Below are positions 33,797-44,342 of a stretch of DNA of 64,000 nucleotides, piece after piece (within the stretch, counting starts at the first letter, position 1; each line of letters begins with the position of its first letter). Position numbers and translations under genes: made by a program. The stretch is from IMG/VR virus record IMGVR_UViG_3300025466_000015; one strand, written 5' to 3'. The stretch comes from a virus. The notes below the pieces were generated by a model. The model saw only the letters and a list, made by a program, of their open reading frames with translations. It made no database searches and was not told the origin of the DNA.

Positions 33797-33842
33797 AAGC
33801 ACCAAAATGTATAAATAAAAGTATAACATTTTGGAGTAAAAC

Positions 33843-34373
33843 ATGGCCAATCAATTTCCAACATCATCTAAAGAAAATAGATTAAGAGCTATTGCTAATG
33901 GTGAAAAGGTTTATGATGGAATTTCTTGTAAAACCTGCGGATCAACAAAAAAGCATGTGTCTAGTTATAGCTGTGTTTCGTGTAGTACAAAAAGGAATTT
34001 ACCCAAACTATATGACAATGAATTGATGGCCAAATATAGAACGAAAGAAAAAGTAAAATTATACTGGCAAAATAATAAAGATAAAGCGAAAGAAATTGAT
34101 GACCGTTATAATGCGTCAGAAAAAGGTAAAATTGTTAACACAACCAAATCAGCAAAACGTAGAGCTAGAGTAAAAAATCAGTTGCCAACGGATGCAAATT
34201 TTGATATAATAAAAGAGATTTATACAGAATGTCGAAGATTAAGTTTAGAAACAGGAATACCACACGAAGTGGACCACATTATTCCTATTGCTAAAGGTGG
34301 ATTACATCATCAAGACAATTTACAAATTATTAGTATGGTTGAAAACCGTAAAAAAGGTGCAAATATTTTATGA
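33843..34373 (+). mobile_element. Free-standing HNH endonuclease
   Basis: N-terminal CxxC...CxxC; HEVDHIIPIAKGGLHHQDNLQII...N..K. Confidence 0.85.
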
Positions 34374-35452
34374 AAGTTGCTATTATTAGCGATCAACACT
34401 TTGGAGCTCGAAACGATTCAACACATTTTTTGGATTATTATGAAAAATTTTATGACGAAACATTTTTTCCTATTATTGATAGCGAACGAATTGATACTGT
34501 TCTTATTCTTGGTGACACTTTTGATAGGCGCAAATATGTAAACTTTTATTCACTCAAGCGAACCAAGGATATGTTCTTTGATAAGTTGGCTGAGAGAAAT
34601 ATTCAAGTTCATATGTTGGCCGGTAACCACGATACTTATTTTAAGAATACCAATGATGTAAACTCTGTGGATTTATTGTTGCGTGAGTATGACAACATCA
34701 ATGTGATTGACTCACCACAAACAATTCACCTAGAATATGAAAACGTATCACATGATGTTTGTATGATACCATGGATTTGTCTTGATAATTATCAACAATG
34801 CTTAGACGAAATTAACAATACATCATCCGATTTATGTATGGGTCACTTTGAAATTGCTGGTTTTGCCATGCATCGTGGTATGCCATCTGAAGAAGGACTA
34901 GACCGTGGAATTTTCAAACGATTTGATTACACTTTCTCTGGTCATTATCACCATAAATCTAATGCTGATGGAATATACTATTTGGGAAATCCTTACGAAC
35001 TCACTTGGCAAGACTTCAATGATCCTCGGGGGTTCCATCTTTTTGATTTGGATAAACGTGAACTTACTTTTATTCATAATCCTAATGTGATGTTTCATAA
35101 ACTAACATATGATGATGTGGCAGAAACAATTGCTGAAATTAGTGCGAAAGACATGGTGCCTTATACTGGCAAATATGTTAAAGTGGTAGTATTGAATAAA
35201 ACTAACCCTTATTTGTTTGACAAATACATGAATAGCCTGTATAATGCTAATCCTATTGATGTGACTATTGCTGAAGATTTTACGGATTATACCGAAGGTC
35301 TAGAAGAAGAAATGGTGGATCAAGCCGAAGATACATTGACTATTCTAAACAAGTATGTTGATGCTATTAAACAGGATAATATTGATAATGGTAGACTCAA
35401 AGGTATATTAAAAGAGTTATACGTTGAAGCTTTGAACTTAGAAACTGCATGA
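34370..35452 (+). CDS. gp47: Recombination endonuclease subunit gp47 (Mre11/SbcD-like)
   Basis: DQHFG, GDTFD, GNHD, GHFE, SGHYH. Confidence 0.95.
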   Translation: MKVAIISDQHFGARNDSTHFLDYYEKFYDETFFPIIDSERIDTVLILGDTFDRRKYVNFYSLKRTKDMFFDKLAERNIQVHMLAGNHDTYFKNTNDVNSVDLLLREYDNINVIDSPQTIHLEYENVSHDVCMIPWICLDNYQQCLDEINNTSSDLCMGHFEIAGFAMHRGMPSEEGLDRGIFKRFDYTFSGHYHHKSNADGIYYLGNPYELTWQDFNDPRGFHLFDLDKRELTFIHNPNVMFHKLTYDDVAETIAEISAKDMVPYTGKYVKVVVLNKTNPYLFDKYMNSLYNANPIDVTIAEDFTDYTEGLEEEMVDQAEDTLTILNKYVDAIKQDNIDNGRLKGILKELYVEALNLETA

Positions 35453-37182
35453 TAAACTTTCAAACCGTAAGTTGGAAAAACTTTCTTTCTACTGGTGCTT
35501 CAGGTACCGAGATTAGATTGGACAAATCTCCAAACACTTTAATCATTGGCCATAATGGTGCTGGTAAGTCTACTGTGCTTGACGCTTTGTGTTTTGGTTT
35601 GTTTGGTAAACCATTCCGGAAAATAAACAAACCACAGTTGCTTAACTCCATCAATACGAGTGATTGTGTGGTCAACGTTGAATTTTCTATTGGTACAAAA
35701 CAATATAAAGTGATTCGTGGTATCAAACCTAACTTGTTTGAAATATATTGTAATGGTGTTTTGGTGAACCAGGATGCGAAAGCTAAAGACTACCAAGAGC
35801 ATTTAGAAAAGTTTATTCTTAAACTAAACTACAAGTCTTTCACTCAAGTAGTCATCCTTGGTTCAGCTTCTTTTGTTCCGTTCATGCAATTATCTCCTGC
35901 TGATCGTAGAGCCATTATTGAAGACTTGTTAGATATTCAAATCTTCTCGTCTATGAATGGTGTCGTTAAAGATAAGATGGCTGAATTCAAAGAAGAACTG
36001 TCAAAGGTTAAATATGCCATTTCTTTAGCACAAGAAAAGATTAACCTCCAAAAGCAAAACATTGAAGAACACAAACTTGCCAATGAAGAAGAAGTTCAAC
36101 GTAAACGTGATGAAATTGAGACCAATCAATCACAGTTGGAACAATTGACTTTGGATAATGAAAAGATTCAAAAACACATTGACATATTGTCTAAACAAAT
36201 AGGTAACGAAAAGACTTCTTTGGAAGCTAAATCCAAAAAGTTATTACAACTCGAAACCAAGGTTGAAAACAATATTAAAAAGAATGAAAAGGATGTGACC
36301 TTCTATGAATCAAATGACAACTGTCCAACTTGTAAACACCCACTTGAGGAGTCCTTCAAACAACTCCAAATCACCGAGCGAAAAGAAAAACTTACACAAC
36401 AGAAAACGGGTCTTAAGGAAATTGAGAATGAAATCCAAAAACTCTCAGAACGAATGGCAGAAATTGCATCCGTAATAGACAACGTTTCTAAACATAACTC
36501 ACAGATTGTTGCCAATAATTCCACAATAACTTCTATTAGAAAATATATTGACAAGTTAAACCGTGAGATTAAAGAGTTATCTTCCAAGAAAATGAATTTG
36601 GAAGAAGACAATAAAAAATTAATTGAGTTGAAAGCTGAACTGGTTGAATTAAATACAACACATGAGTCATTGTCAACCGAAAGAATGTATTATGATTTTG
36701 CTGCCAACCTATTAAAAGATACAGGCATCAAAACCAAAATCATTAAACAGTACTTACCAATCATGAATAAATTGATTAATAAGTACTTAACGGCAATGGA
36801 CTTTTTTGTTAACTTTAATATTGATGAGAACTTCAATGAAACAATTAAGAGTAGGCATCGTGACGAGTTTTCTTATGCTAATTTTTCCGAAGGAGAAAAA
36901 CAAAAAATAGATTTGGCATTACTATTTACTTGGCGCCAAATTGCTAAATTGAAAAACTCTACGAATACTAATTTGTTAATATTGGATGAGATATTTGATA
37001 GTAGTTTAGATGGTGCTTCGGTAGAATTGTTGATGGGACTGTTGAATGAACTATCACAAGATACCAATGTATTTGTTATCAGCCATAAATCAGACCAACT
37101 ATTTGACAAATTTAGGTCCGTAATTAAATTTACTAAAAAAAATAATTTTTCTATAATTGAAAATAATAAAATTACTAAATAA
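35449..37182 (+). CDS. gp46: Recombination ATPase subunit gp46 (Rad50/SbcC-like)
   Basis: GHNGAGKS, CPTC hook, FSEGEK, LILDEIFD, VISH. Confidence 0.96.
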   Translation: MINFQTVSWKNFLSTGASGTEIRLDKSPNTLIIGHNGAGKSTVLDALCFGLFGKPFRKINKPQLLNSINTSDCVVNVEFSIGTKQYKVIRGIKPNLFEIYCNGVLVNQDAKAKDYQEHLEKFILKLNYKSFTQVVILGSASFVPFMQLSPADRRAIIEDLLDIQIFSSMNGVVKDKMAEFKEELSKVKYAISLAQEKINLQKQNIEEHKLANEEEVQRKRDEIETNQSQLEQLTLDNEKIQKHIDILSKQIGNEKTSLEAKSKKLLQLETKVENNIKKNEKDVTFYESNDNCPTCKHPLEESFKQLQITERKEKLTQQKTGLKEIENEIQKLSERMAEIASVIDNVSKHNSQIVANNSTITSIRKYIDKLNREIKELSSKKMNLEEDNKKLIELKAELVELNTTHESLSTERMYYDFAANLLKDTGIKTKIIKQYLPIMNKLINKYLTAMDFFVNFNIDENFNETIKSRHRDEFSYANFSEGEKQKIDLALLFTWRQIAKLKNSTNTNLLILDEIFDSSLDGASVELLMGLLNELSQDTNVFVISHKSDQLFDKFRSVIKFTKKNNFSIIENNKITK

Positions 37183-37208
37183 ATAGTAACGACAACTCAT
37201 TTTCAATT

Positions 37209-37889
37209 ATGAAACCTTATAAAGTATATGAAATAATAAACAAAATCAATGGCCATAACTACATTGGGTATACAAAATTAACATTAACTGAACGTTTTTG
37301 TTTGCATAAAAACGCAAAAACCACTCGTATGCCTGTTGTTTCAGCCATAAAAAAATATGGTGCTGTTAATTTCATTATAAAATTATGTGCTGAGTTTGAT
37401 ACCAAACAGGAAGCTATTAATTATGAAATTAACAAAATATTGGAGTTGAAACCCACTTACAACGTACATTCCGGTGGCACAGGAGGACCAATGTATGGAC
37501 CAATGAATGGAATGTTTGGTAAAAAACACACACAAAAATGGATTGATGAAAAACGAATTAGTATGTTGGGCGAGAAAAATCCCATGTTTAATAAAACACA
37601 TTCCGATAATACAAAAAAAATATTATCTGAACTTAAACAAGGAAATGTTCCATGGAATAAAGGTCTAAGTGGAATATATTCTAAAGATTCTTTGTTAAAA
37701 ATGAAACAACCAAAAACCGAAGAACATAAAAACAAGCTAAAGAAAACCTATCAATTCGTTTCTCCTGCCGGCGAATTGATATTGGTAACAGGATTAACAC
37801 AATTCTGTTTAGAAAATGAGTTGAATAAAGGCGCTATGTCCGAATTATGGTCTGGCAAACGTAAAAATTATAAAGGATGGACAAAATGA
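37209..37889 (+). mobile_element. Free-standing GIY-YIG (Seg-like) homing endonuclease
   Basis: KVYEIINKINGHNYIGYT, ERF..H, YNV, NUMOD3 repeats (NGMFGKKH, NPMFNKTH). Confidence 0.85.
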
Positions 37890-38467
37890 GTGATATGATT
37901 ACATTTGATACAACAGATGCATTAAAGACTATTGGCCCCACACCAATCATCAACATTTATGATTTGGTTCCTGAAGATGATCCTATTTTAAGAGAACCTA
38001 TACCTGAATTCAACTTCAATAATCCACCAATTAATCCAAATAAGTTTGCTTCGGCTCTTGTTGAGACTTGTAAGAAATATAATGGTTATGGACTATCAGC
38101 TAACCAGTGTGGTTTTAAACATCGTGTATTTGTAGTTGGTGCTGGTGATGATTATGTGGCATTCTTTAATCCTAAAATTGTTGAAACCAAAGGTGAAGTC
38201 CATATGATGGAAGGTTGCCTTTCTTTTCCTATGTTAGGACTACACATTACTAGACCGGCCGAATTGGTTATTGAATATCAGGATTTTAATGGTGCGACTA
38301 GGACTGGACATTATGTTGGTATGACTGCTCGTTGTATCCTCCATGAGCTTGACCACATGAACGGAATAGTGTATACTAGCAAAGCGAAACCACTAGCTTT
38401 GCAAAGTGGTATGAAGAAACGTAATAAAGTTATGAAAATGGTGAAAAAAATCAATGGCAAAAAGTAA
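37886..38467 (+). CDS. def: Peptide deformylase
   Basis: GYGLSANQ, EGCLS, HELDH motifs. Confidence 0.93.
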   Translation: MSDMITFDTTDALKTIGPTPIINIYDLVPEDDPILREPIPEFNFNNPPINPNKFASALVETCKKYNGYGLSANQCGFKHRVFVVGAGDDYVAFFNPKIVETKGEVHMMEGCLSFPMLGLHITRPAELVIEYQDFNGATRTGHYVGMTARCILHELDHMNGIVYTSKAKPLALQSGMKKRNKVMKMVKKINGKK

Positions 38468-39779
38468 AACAACAATTAGTACACTCTTTGGCGAAGAAGA
38501 GGTTTATGTCACTACCAAAAAAATTCCTCCTCTAGAAGAACAATGGGAAATTTGGCAAAATATGAATCGACCAAATTCATTCAAGTCTATTGATGAAAAT
38601 GAATTAAAAGAAATATTACTTAAAGATTTAACTTATGCATCTCAGATGGATGTTCGTGAATATACTTTGTATCAAAAATGGAATGAAGTACATGAAAAAT
38701 ATCCAACCATTAAAAGAAACACTTTTGATGGAAGCAGTGAGATTCAGTTAGTTGATTCAAAACATGAGAATGATATTAAAGAAATTAAAGAAAACATTTG
38801 GGTACCAGAAAGTCCAGATGATTATGCCAATCTACAACCTACGATGATTTTATCCAATGGTCCTTTGGCTGACAAATGGAATACTCTTAGAACTTTCTCC
38901 TCAACAATGAAGAACAATTCTAATATTGGTCGTAATCTATATTACACGGTGATGGATAAAGTGACACAAAAGTATCTTGGTGTTATTTGTATATCGTCTG
39001 ACTTCTTGGATCTCACTCCAAGAGACAATCACATTGGTTGGCCTAAGACAGTCAAGACTCAAGGCAACATGATTAACCATACGGCTATTGGTTCTACGAT
39101 TGTTCCACTACAACCACTTGGTTTTAATTATATGGGTGGCAAATTACTTGCCTTATTATGTTTATCTGATACAGTACAGAATGATTGGAAAAGACAATAT
39201 GAAGACACGCTTGTTGGTGTTACTACCACTTCTTTATATGGCAACACTAAAGCCGGTGGCCTTTCTCAGTATGATGGTCTTGATTACTGGAATCCTATGG
39301 GTTTCACATCTGGATCCGTAGCATTTGATCCTTCAAAACAAACTATGAAAATGGTCTTTGATTGGATTAAAGAAAACCACACACGCAAATACTTTGAGTG
39401 GTGGGAAGCCAAAAAGGAGACTGGTCTGCCTTTCAAACGTGACCATAAAAACCGTTCATTACATTTTGCTTATAGTAAATTAAAAATACCTAAAAACTTA
39501 ATTCGTTGTGAACATGCTCGTGGAATTTATTTCTCTCCTTTATATAACAATACTTGTGAATATTTAAGAAAAGAAATAGGAGATGACCAATTGATTAAAT
39601 CCTTTGATACGAGCGAGGAAGCTTTGACAAACATTTGGAAAACCAAGTTTGCCAAACCGAGAATAAGACAATTACAAAAGAAAAACAAAGTATCCACGGA
39701 ATCTTTGTTCTATGATGACTTGATATATTTGTCTTGGGAGGAAACTAAGACAAAATATTTACCACAGGTTGGTAGATAA
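38454..39779 (+). CDS. DUF4338 / Druantia DruA-like protein (paralogue 1)
   Basis: GRNLYY, LGVICISSD, PLGFNYMGGKLLALL, TTTSLYG...SQYDG, GFTSG. Confidence 0.7.
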   Translation: MAKSKTTISTLFGEEEVYVTTKKIPPLEEQWEIWQNMNRPNSFKSIDENELKEILLKDLTYASQMDVREYTLYQKWNEVHEKYPTIKRNTFDGSSEIQLVDSKHENDIKEIKENIWVPESPDDYANLQPTMILSNGPLADKWNTLRTFSSTMKNNSNIGRNLYYTVMDKVTQKYLGVICISSDFLDLTPRDNHIGWPKTVKTQGNMINHTAIGSTIVPLQPLGFNYMGGKLLALLCLSDTVQNDWKRQYEDTLVGVTTTSLYGNTKAGGLSQYDGLDYWNPMGFTSGSVAFDPSKQTMKMVFDWIKENHTRKYFEWWEAKKETGLPFKRDHKNRSLHFAYSKLKIPKNLIRCEHARGIYFSPLYNNTCEYLRKEIGDDQLIKSFDTSEEALTNIWKTKFAKPRIRQLQKKNKVSTESLFYDDLIYLSWEETKTKYLPQVGR

Positions 39780-39800
39780 ACAAGTATACCGCAAGGATGC

Positions 39801-39829
39801 TTGACAAGTGTACTATATAATTGTATAAT
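39801..39829 (+). promoter_or_regulatory. Perfect sigma70 promoter
   Basis: TTGACA-17 bp-TATAAT. Confidence 0.85.
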
Positions 39830-39885
39830 ACACACATCTCATAATGATGTGAGATTTTTTTGAAACTTTATTATTAGGAGTCCTT

Positions 39886-40155
39886 ATGACTAAATTATCC
39901 GCAAAGCAAAAAATGTTGAACGCTCTCAAGCAATCTGAGGGATACAACACTTTCACAGTTGCTCAAGCACAACGCCGTTTCGGTATCAGCAATGTTTCTG
40001 CTCGTATCGAGGAACTTCGCAAAGAAGGTCATTGCATTTACACCAATTACAAGCGTAATACTGATGGTGTTAAAGTTGCCTCTTATCGTCTAGGCACACC
40101 AACAAAAGCTTTGGTTCAAGCTGCCGTTAGATCCGGTTACAGCTTCAATGCTTAA
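39886..40155 (+). CDS. Small winged helix-turn-helix protein
   Basis: FTVAQAQRRFGISNVSARIEELRKEGHCI...YRL; SD AGGAG. Confidence 0.7.
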   Translation: MTKLSAKQKMLNALKQSEGYNTFTVAQAQRRFGISNVSARIEELRKEGHCIYTNYKRNTDGVKVASYRLGTPTKALVQAAVRSGYSFNA

Positions 40156-40177
40156 TCCTTTGGCGTGACATTTGTGA

Positions 40178-40207
40178 GGAGTTCACCGAAAGGTGACTCC
40201 TTTTTTA
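40178..40207 (+). terminator. Rho-independent terminator
   Basis: GGAGTTCACC-GAAA-GGTGACTCC-TTTTTT. Confidence 0.8.
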
Positions 40208-40225
40208 TTTTATTATGGAGTTTAG

Positions 40226-41044
40226 ATGGAAATTTCAATCAAAAAAGAAGACCTACAAACAAAAAGTATCTTTGTAGCTACTCCAATGTACGGTGGTATG
40301 AACCACGGTCTCTATGCAAAGGCCTGTCTAGACTTACAAGCACTTTGTATTCAATACGGAGTGAACATCAAATTCTCATTCCTATTCAACGAATCTCTTA
40401 TCACAAGAGCTCGTAACTACCTTGTGGACGAATTCTTACATCGTTCAGATTGTACTCATCTATTGTTTTTGGATTCAGACATTCACTTTGATCCAAGAGA
40501 TGTTATTGCTATGTTAGCACTCGACAAAGATGTTATTGGTGGTCCTTATCCTAAGAAAGCCATCAAGTGGAGATCAGTCAAGAAAGCTATTGAAAAGAAT
40601 CCAGATATTGATCCACAAACTCTAGAAAAAGTGACCGGTGATTATGTGTTTAATCCTGTTAAAGGTACAGCACAATTTACTGTTACAGAACCCCTAGAAG
40701 TTATGGAAATCGGTACTGGTTACATGATGGTAAATCGTGATGTATTCCCTAGAATGGAAGAAGCATATCCGATGATTCGATACAAACCAGATCACGTTGG
40801 TCAAGCCAACTTTGATGGTTCACGTTACATTCATGCTTTCTTTGATACAGTTATTGATTCTGTTGATTCAATTACAGGTGGTGGTTCTGAACGTTATCTA
40901 AGTGAAGATTATATGTTCTGCCAAATGTTCCGTAAAATTGGTGGACAAATCTACTTGTGTCCATGGATGAGAACAGATCACATTGGCACATATCACTTTA
41001 AAGGAGATATGCCTGCTGTCGCTAATTTTGTTGGAGAAATGTGA
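40226..41044 (+). CDS. GT-A fold glycosyltransferase-like protein
   Basis: VATPMYGG, ESLITRARN, LFLDSDI (DxD), GTGYMMV, LSEDYMFC. Confidence 0.75.
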   Translation: MEISIKKEDLQTKSIFVATPMYGGMNHGLYAKACLDLQALCIQYGVNIKFSFLFNESLITRARNYLVDEFLHRSDCTHLLFLDSDIHFDPRDVIAMLALDKDVIGGPYPKKAIKWRSVKKAIEKNPDIDPQTLEKVTGDYVFNPVKGTAQFTVTEPLEVMEIGTGYMMVNRDVFPRMEEAYPMIRYKPDHVGQANFDGSRYIHAFFDTVIDSVDSITGGGSERYLSEDYMFCQMFRKIGGQIYLCPWMRTDHIGTYHFKGDMPAVANFVGEM

Positions 41045-41352
41045 TGGAGAAAGGTCGTAAATTTGACGGTGGTAAGTTAGAATACGGCCTTTTACCTCCT
41101 TTAGCATTAAAGGCTACAGTAGATGTATTGACCTTTGGTGCTCAAAAGTATGAGAGAGATAATTGGAAAAAAGTGCCAGATTCCAAACGTAGATATTTTG
41201 ATGCTTTGCAAAGACATATTTGGGCTTGGAAAGAAGGCGAACAAATTGATACAGAATCTGGTAAACATCACTTGGCCCACGCCATGTGTTGCTTGATGTT
41301 TTTGTATGAACATGATATAATGTATTCTTTAAATGATGGAGATGTGAAATGA
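41044..41352 (+). CDS. dATP/dGTP diphosphohydrolase-domain protein (DUF5664-like)
   Basis: KFDGGK, FGAQKYERDNW, DALQRH, DTESGKHHLAHAMC. Confidence 0.8.
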   Translation: MEKGRKFDGGKLEYGLLPPLALKATVDVLTFGAQKYERDNWKKVPDSKRRYFDALQRHIWAWKEGEQIDTESGKHHLAHAMCCLMFLYEHDIMYSLNDGDVK

Positions 41353-42026
41353 AACTTAACAATGATACCCTAACAGTACTGAAGAACTTTTCTGCCATTA
41401 ATGGCAACCTAGAGTTCAAAGCTGGTAAAGAAATTAAAACAATTTCTACTACTAAAACCGTGATGGCAAAAGCCACACTAACAGATGAATTCCCACAAGA
41501 CTTCTGTGTGTATGACTTGAACCAGTTCTTATCGGTTTATTCTCTACACAAAGATTCCGATATTGACTTTGATGATGTCAATGTTATCTTTAAGAGTGGT
41601 CGTTCTAAAATCAAGTATCGTAAGGCTGATAAGATTAATATCGTAACAGCACCAGATAGAGATTTGGTTTTGCCTTCTGTTGAAGTATCCTTCACGTTGT
41701 CGGAAACAGACCTGGCTGATTTGCTAAAGAGTGCTTCTGTTCTACAATCACAACATATTATTGTTGAATCTGATGGTGCAAAGGTACATATTACGGCTTG
41801 TTCTATTCAACAAAACGGACAACATTCAGAGAACACCAATTCTATTGAAGTTGGTGATGGTAATGGAAGTGTTTATTCTGCCACATTCTTGACTGAAAAC
41901 TTCAAGATGATTCCTGGTTCATACGATGTGGAAATTTCATCCAAAGGTATGGCATCATTCAAAAATACTAAGCAACCAATTCAATATTGGATTGCCATTG
42001 AAGCTAAACACTCTACGTTTGCTTAA
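41349..42026 (+). CDS. gp45: Sliding clamp gp45
   Basis: LKNFSAIN, YDLNQFL, ENFKMIPGSY, YWIAIE. Confidence 0.93.
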   Translation: MKLNNDTLTVLKNFSAINGNLEFKAGKEIKTISTTKTVMAKATLTDEFPQDFCVYDLNQFLSVYSLHKDSDIDFDDVNVIFKSGRSKIKYRKADKINIVTAPDRDLVLPSVEVSFTLSETDLADLLKSASVLQSQHIIVESDGAKVHITACSIQQNGQHSENTNSIEVGDGNGSVYSATFLTENFKMIPGSYDVEISSKGMASFKNTKQPIQYWIAIEAKHSTFA

Positions 42027-42055
42027 TTTGATTTTTTATATTATGGAGTATTTGA

Positions 42056-42988
42056 ATGGACCAACATATTTTGTGGGTAGAGAAGTACCGCCCAGCTAAA
42101 GTTGAAGATTGTATTTTACCTGAAGCAATCAAAACAACGTTTCAGGAATATGTAAACAGAAAAGAAATACCAAACTTGCTGCTCTCCGGATCAGCAGGTG
42201 TTGGTAAGACTACGATTGCCAAAGCCTTGTGTGAAGAAGTTGGTTGTGATTACCTAGTCATCAATGGTTCTGACGAGAATGGTGTTGATACCATTCGAGT
42301 CAAAATCAAGAGTTATGCTTCTTCAATGTCACTTCTAGGTGGCAGAAAAGTTATCATCATTGACGAGGCTGATTATCTAACAACCAATGCACAGGCTATT
42401 CTGAGAGCTTCTATTGAAGAATTCTCTGGCAATTGTTCTTTCATATTCACCTGTAACTTCAAGAATCGTATTATTGATCCGATACACTCAAGGTGTACTG
42501 TTGTTGACTTTAAAATCAATGGCAGTAAAGCCAAGATGGCATCAGCATTCTTTAAACGTGTTGAGTGGATTCTAGAACAAGAAAACATTCCTTACGAAAA
42601 AGAAGTAGTTGCAGCCATTATCACCAAGTATTTCCCTGATAATCGTAGGGTTCTTAATGAACTACAAAGATATTCTGTTGGTGGTTCTATTGACAAAGGT
42701 CTTTTGGCATCGGTTTCCGATGTTCAATTGACTGAGTTAATTAACTCACTAAAGGTCAAAGACTTTGCTGGTGCTCGTAAATGGGTCACCAACAATCTGG
42801 ATAACGATCCAGTTCGTATCTTTAGAACAATGTATGACAAACTATATGAGGTGTTGAAACCCAACTCTGTACCTCAAATGGTTCTTATTCTTGCCAAGTA
42901 TCAATATCAGGCAGCCTTTGCCGCTGACCATGAGATTAATCTAATGGCTTGTCTTACAGAAATCATGGTGGATTGTGAGTTTAAATGA
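42056..42988 (+). CDS. gp44: Clamp loader large subunit gp44
   Basis: WVEKYRP, GSAGVGKTT, IIDEAD, SRC. Confidence 0.96.
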   Translation: MDQHILWVEKYRPAKVEDCILPEAIKTTFQEYVNRKEIPNLLLSGSAGVGKTTIAKALCEEVGCDYLVINGSDENGVDTIRVKIKSYASSMSLLGGRKVIIIDEADYLTTNAQAILRASIEEFSGNCSFIFTCNFKNRIIDPIHSRCTVVDFKINGSKAKMASAFFKRVEWILEQENIPYEKEVVAAIITKYFPDNRRVLNELQRYSVGGSIDKGLLASVSDVQLTELINSLKVKDFAGARKWVTNNLDNDPVRIFRTMYDKLYEVLKPNSVPQMVLILAKYQYQAAFAADHEINLMACLTEIMVDCEFK

Positions 42989-43365
42989 GTCCATTCGATT
43001 ATGTAGACTTAATTCTACACAAAAAGAAAGAAGACGATGACCTAGAATTTGGAGATTATGCTCCTTTTCTGGTGAATCGTTCTTTATCCTATCACTTGGA
43101 TTGTATTCTCTATGTCAATGAGATGAATATCAAACCTAATATTGATAAAGACCTTCAATACCGCTATCTTCTAAATAGTATTAGACCAATGAAACGGAAG
43201 TTCGAGCCGTGGCAGAAATCATTGGTGGACAAAGATATCCAGTGTGTTAAAGAGTTTTTTGGTTACAATAACCAGAAAGCTAAAGATGCGTTGAGTATTT
43301 TAACCGATGAACAAATCGCTGATATAAAAATAAGAATAGACAAAGGCGGAGTGAAGAAGTTATGA
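42985..43365 (+). CDS. gp62: Clamp loader small subunit gp62
   Basis: PFLVNRSLS, NEMN, KGG; synteny gp44-62-regA. Confidence 0.9.
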   Translation: MSPFDYVDLILHKKKEDDDLEFGDYAPFLVNRSLSYHLDCILYVNEMNIKPNIDKDLQYRYLLNSIRPMKRKFEPWQKSLVDKDIQCVKEFFGYNNQKAKDALSILTDEQIADIKIRIDKGGVKKL

Positions 43366-43769
43366 TTGATATAAAAGATTTGGTTGAAATTACCTTAGGT
43401 CAGGAAGATGACTTTCTTAAGGTGAGAGAAACATTAACAAGGATTGGTGTAGCCTCAAAGAAAGATAGAACACTATACCAGTCTTGCCATATTCTCCATA
43501 AAAAAGGACAATATTATGTGGTTCATTTCAAGGAACTATTTGCACTTGATGGCAAACCCACCGACATTACCGAAAACGACCTATCTCGTAGGAATGCTAT
43601 TGTTAAGTTATTGGAGGATTGGGAACTGGTTAAAGTTGTTCGGAAAGAACAAATAGAGACACCAGCCCCTATTTTCTTGTCACAGATTAAGATTCTGTCA
43701 CACAAGGAAAAGAAAGATTGGCAACTTGTACCGAAATATAATATCGGTAAGAAGCCTCAATCAGTATAA
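43362..43769 (+). CDS. regA: Translational repressor RegA
   Basis: DDFLKVRETLTRIG, LYQSCHILHK, HFKELFALDG. Confidence 0.96.
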   Translation: MIDIKDLVEITLGQEDDFLKVRETLTRIGVASKKDRTLYQSCHILHKKGQYYVVHFKELFALDGKPTDITENDLSRRNAIVKLLEDWELVKVVRKEQIETPAPIFLSQIKILSHKEKKDWQLVPKYNIGKKPQSV

Positions 43770-43841
43770 ATACTAATATGATTATGTGCCGTGCTCTCTG
43801 AGGCGGCAATTTTTTAAACTTGCTTATTTAAGGAGTCTATT

Positions 43842-44279
43842 ATGACAAGCTTACTATTTCCAAAATTGGATAACCTATACGCCAACATGATTGGGTTTGA
43901 TGAGACTATTGGTATGTTAAAGGCAGCCGCCAATGACGTAGCCAAATATGCTCCAACTTACCCACCATACAATATCAAACAAGTCAAAGATAACAAGTAC
44001 GTCATTGAGATGGCAGTTGCTGGTTTCACTAAGGCTGATATTGAGATTACTATGGAAGGTAACAAAATGGTTATCAAAGGTTCTGCCAAGGACGATGACG
44101 ACCAAACTTACTTACATAAAGGAATCGCTAACCGTGCTTTTGAAAGAGCATTCACTCTTAAAGATACCATCGAAATCAAAGATGCCGAATTGGCAAATGG
44201 TATGTTAAAAGTCTGGTTAGAAAACATGGTAAAGGCTCAAGATGCTATCAAGAAAATCGGTATCAAAACTAGAGACTAA
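43842..44279 (+). CDS. Small heat-shock protein Hsp20
   Basis: YPPYNI, IEMAVAGF, HKGIANRAF, NGMLKV; TATAAATA at 43765. Confidence 0.92.
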   Translation: MTSLLFPKLDNLYANMIGFDETIGMLKAAANDVAKYAPTYPPYNIKQVKDNKYVIEMAVAGFTKADIEITMEGNKMVIKGSAKDDDDQTYLHKGIANRAFERAFTLKDTIEIKDAELANGMLKVWLENMVKAQDAIKKIGIKTRD

Positions 44280-44342
44280 TTGGTGGCCCGTTTCAGACGA
44301 GGAATGGGATAGATTAAACTATCCTGAAAAATTCAAAAACAA

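Noticed and set aside
18569-37889. Group I introns or inteins around the homing endonucleases
   Set aside because: Flanking genes (gp16, gp17, gp47, gp46, def) are intact; the endonucleases are free-standing.
38454-39779. Complete Druantia defence system
   Set aside because: No DruE helicase or other dru genes; only the DruA-like domain is present.
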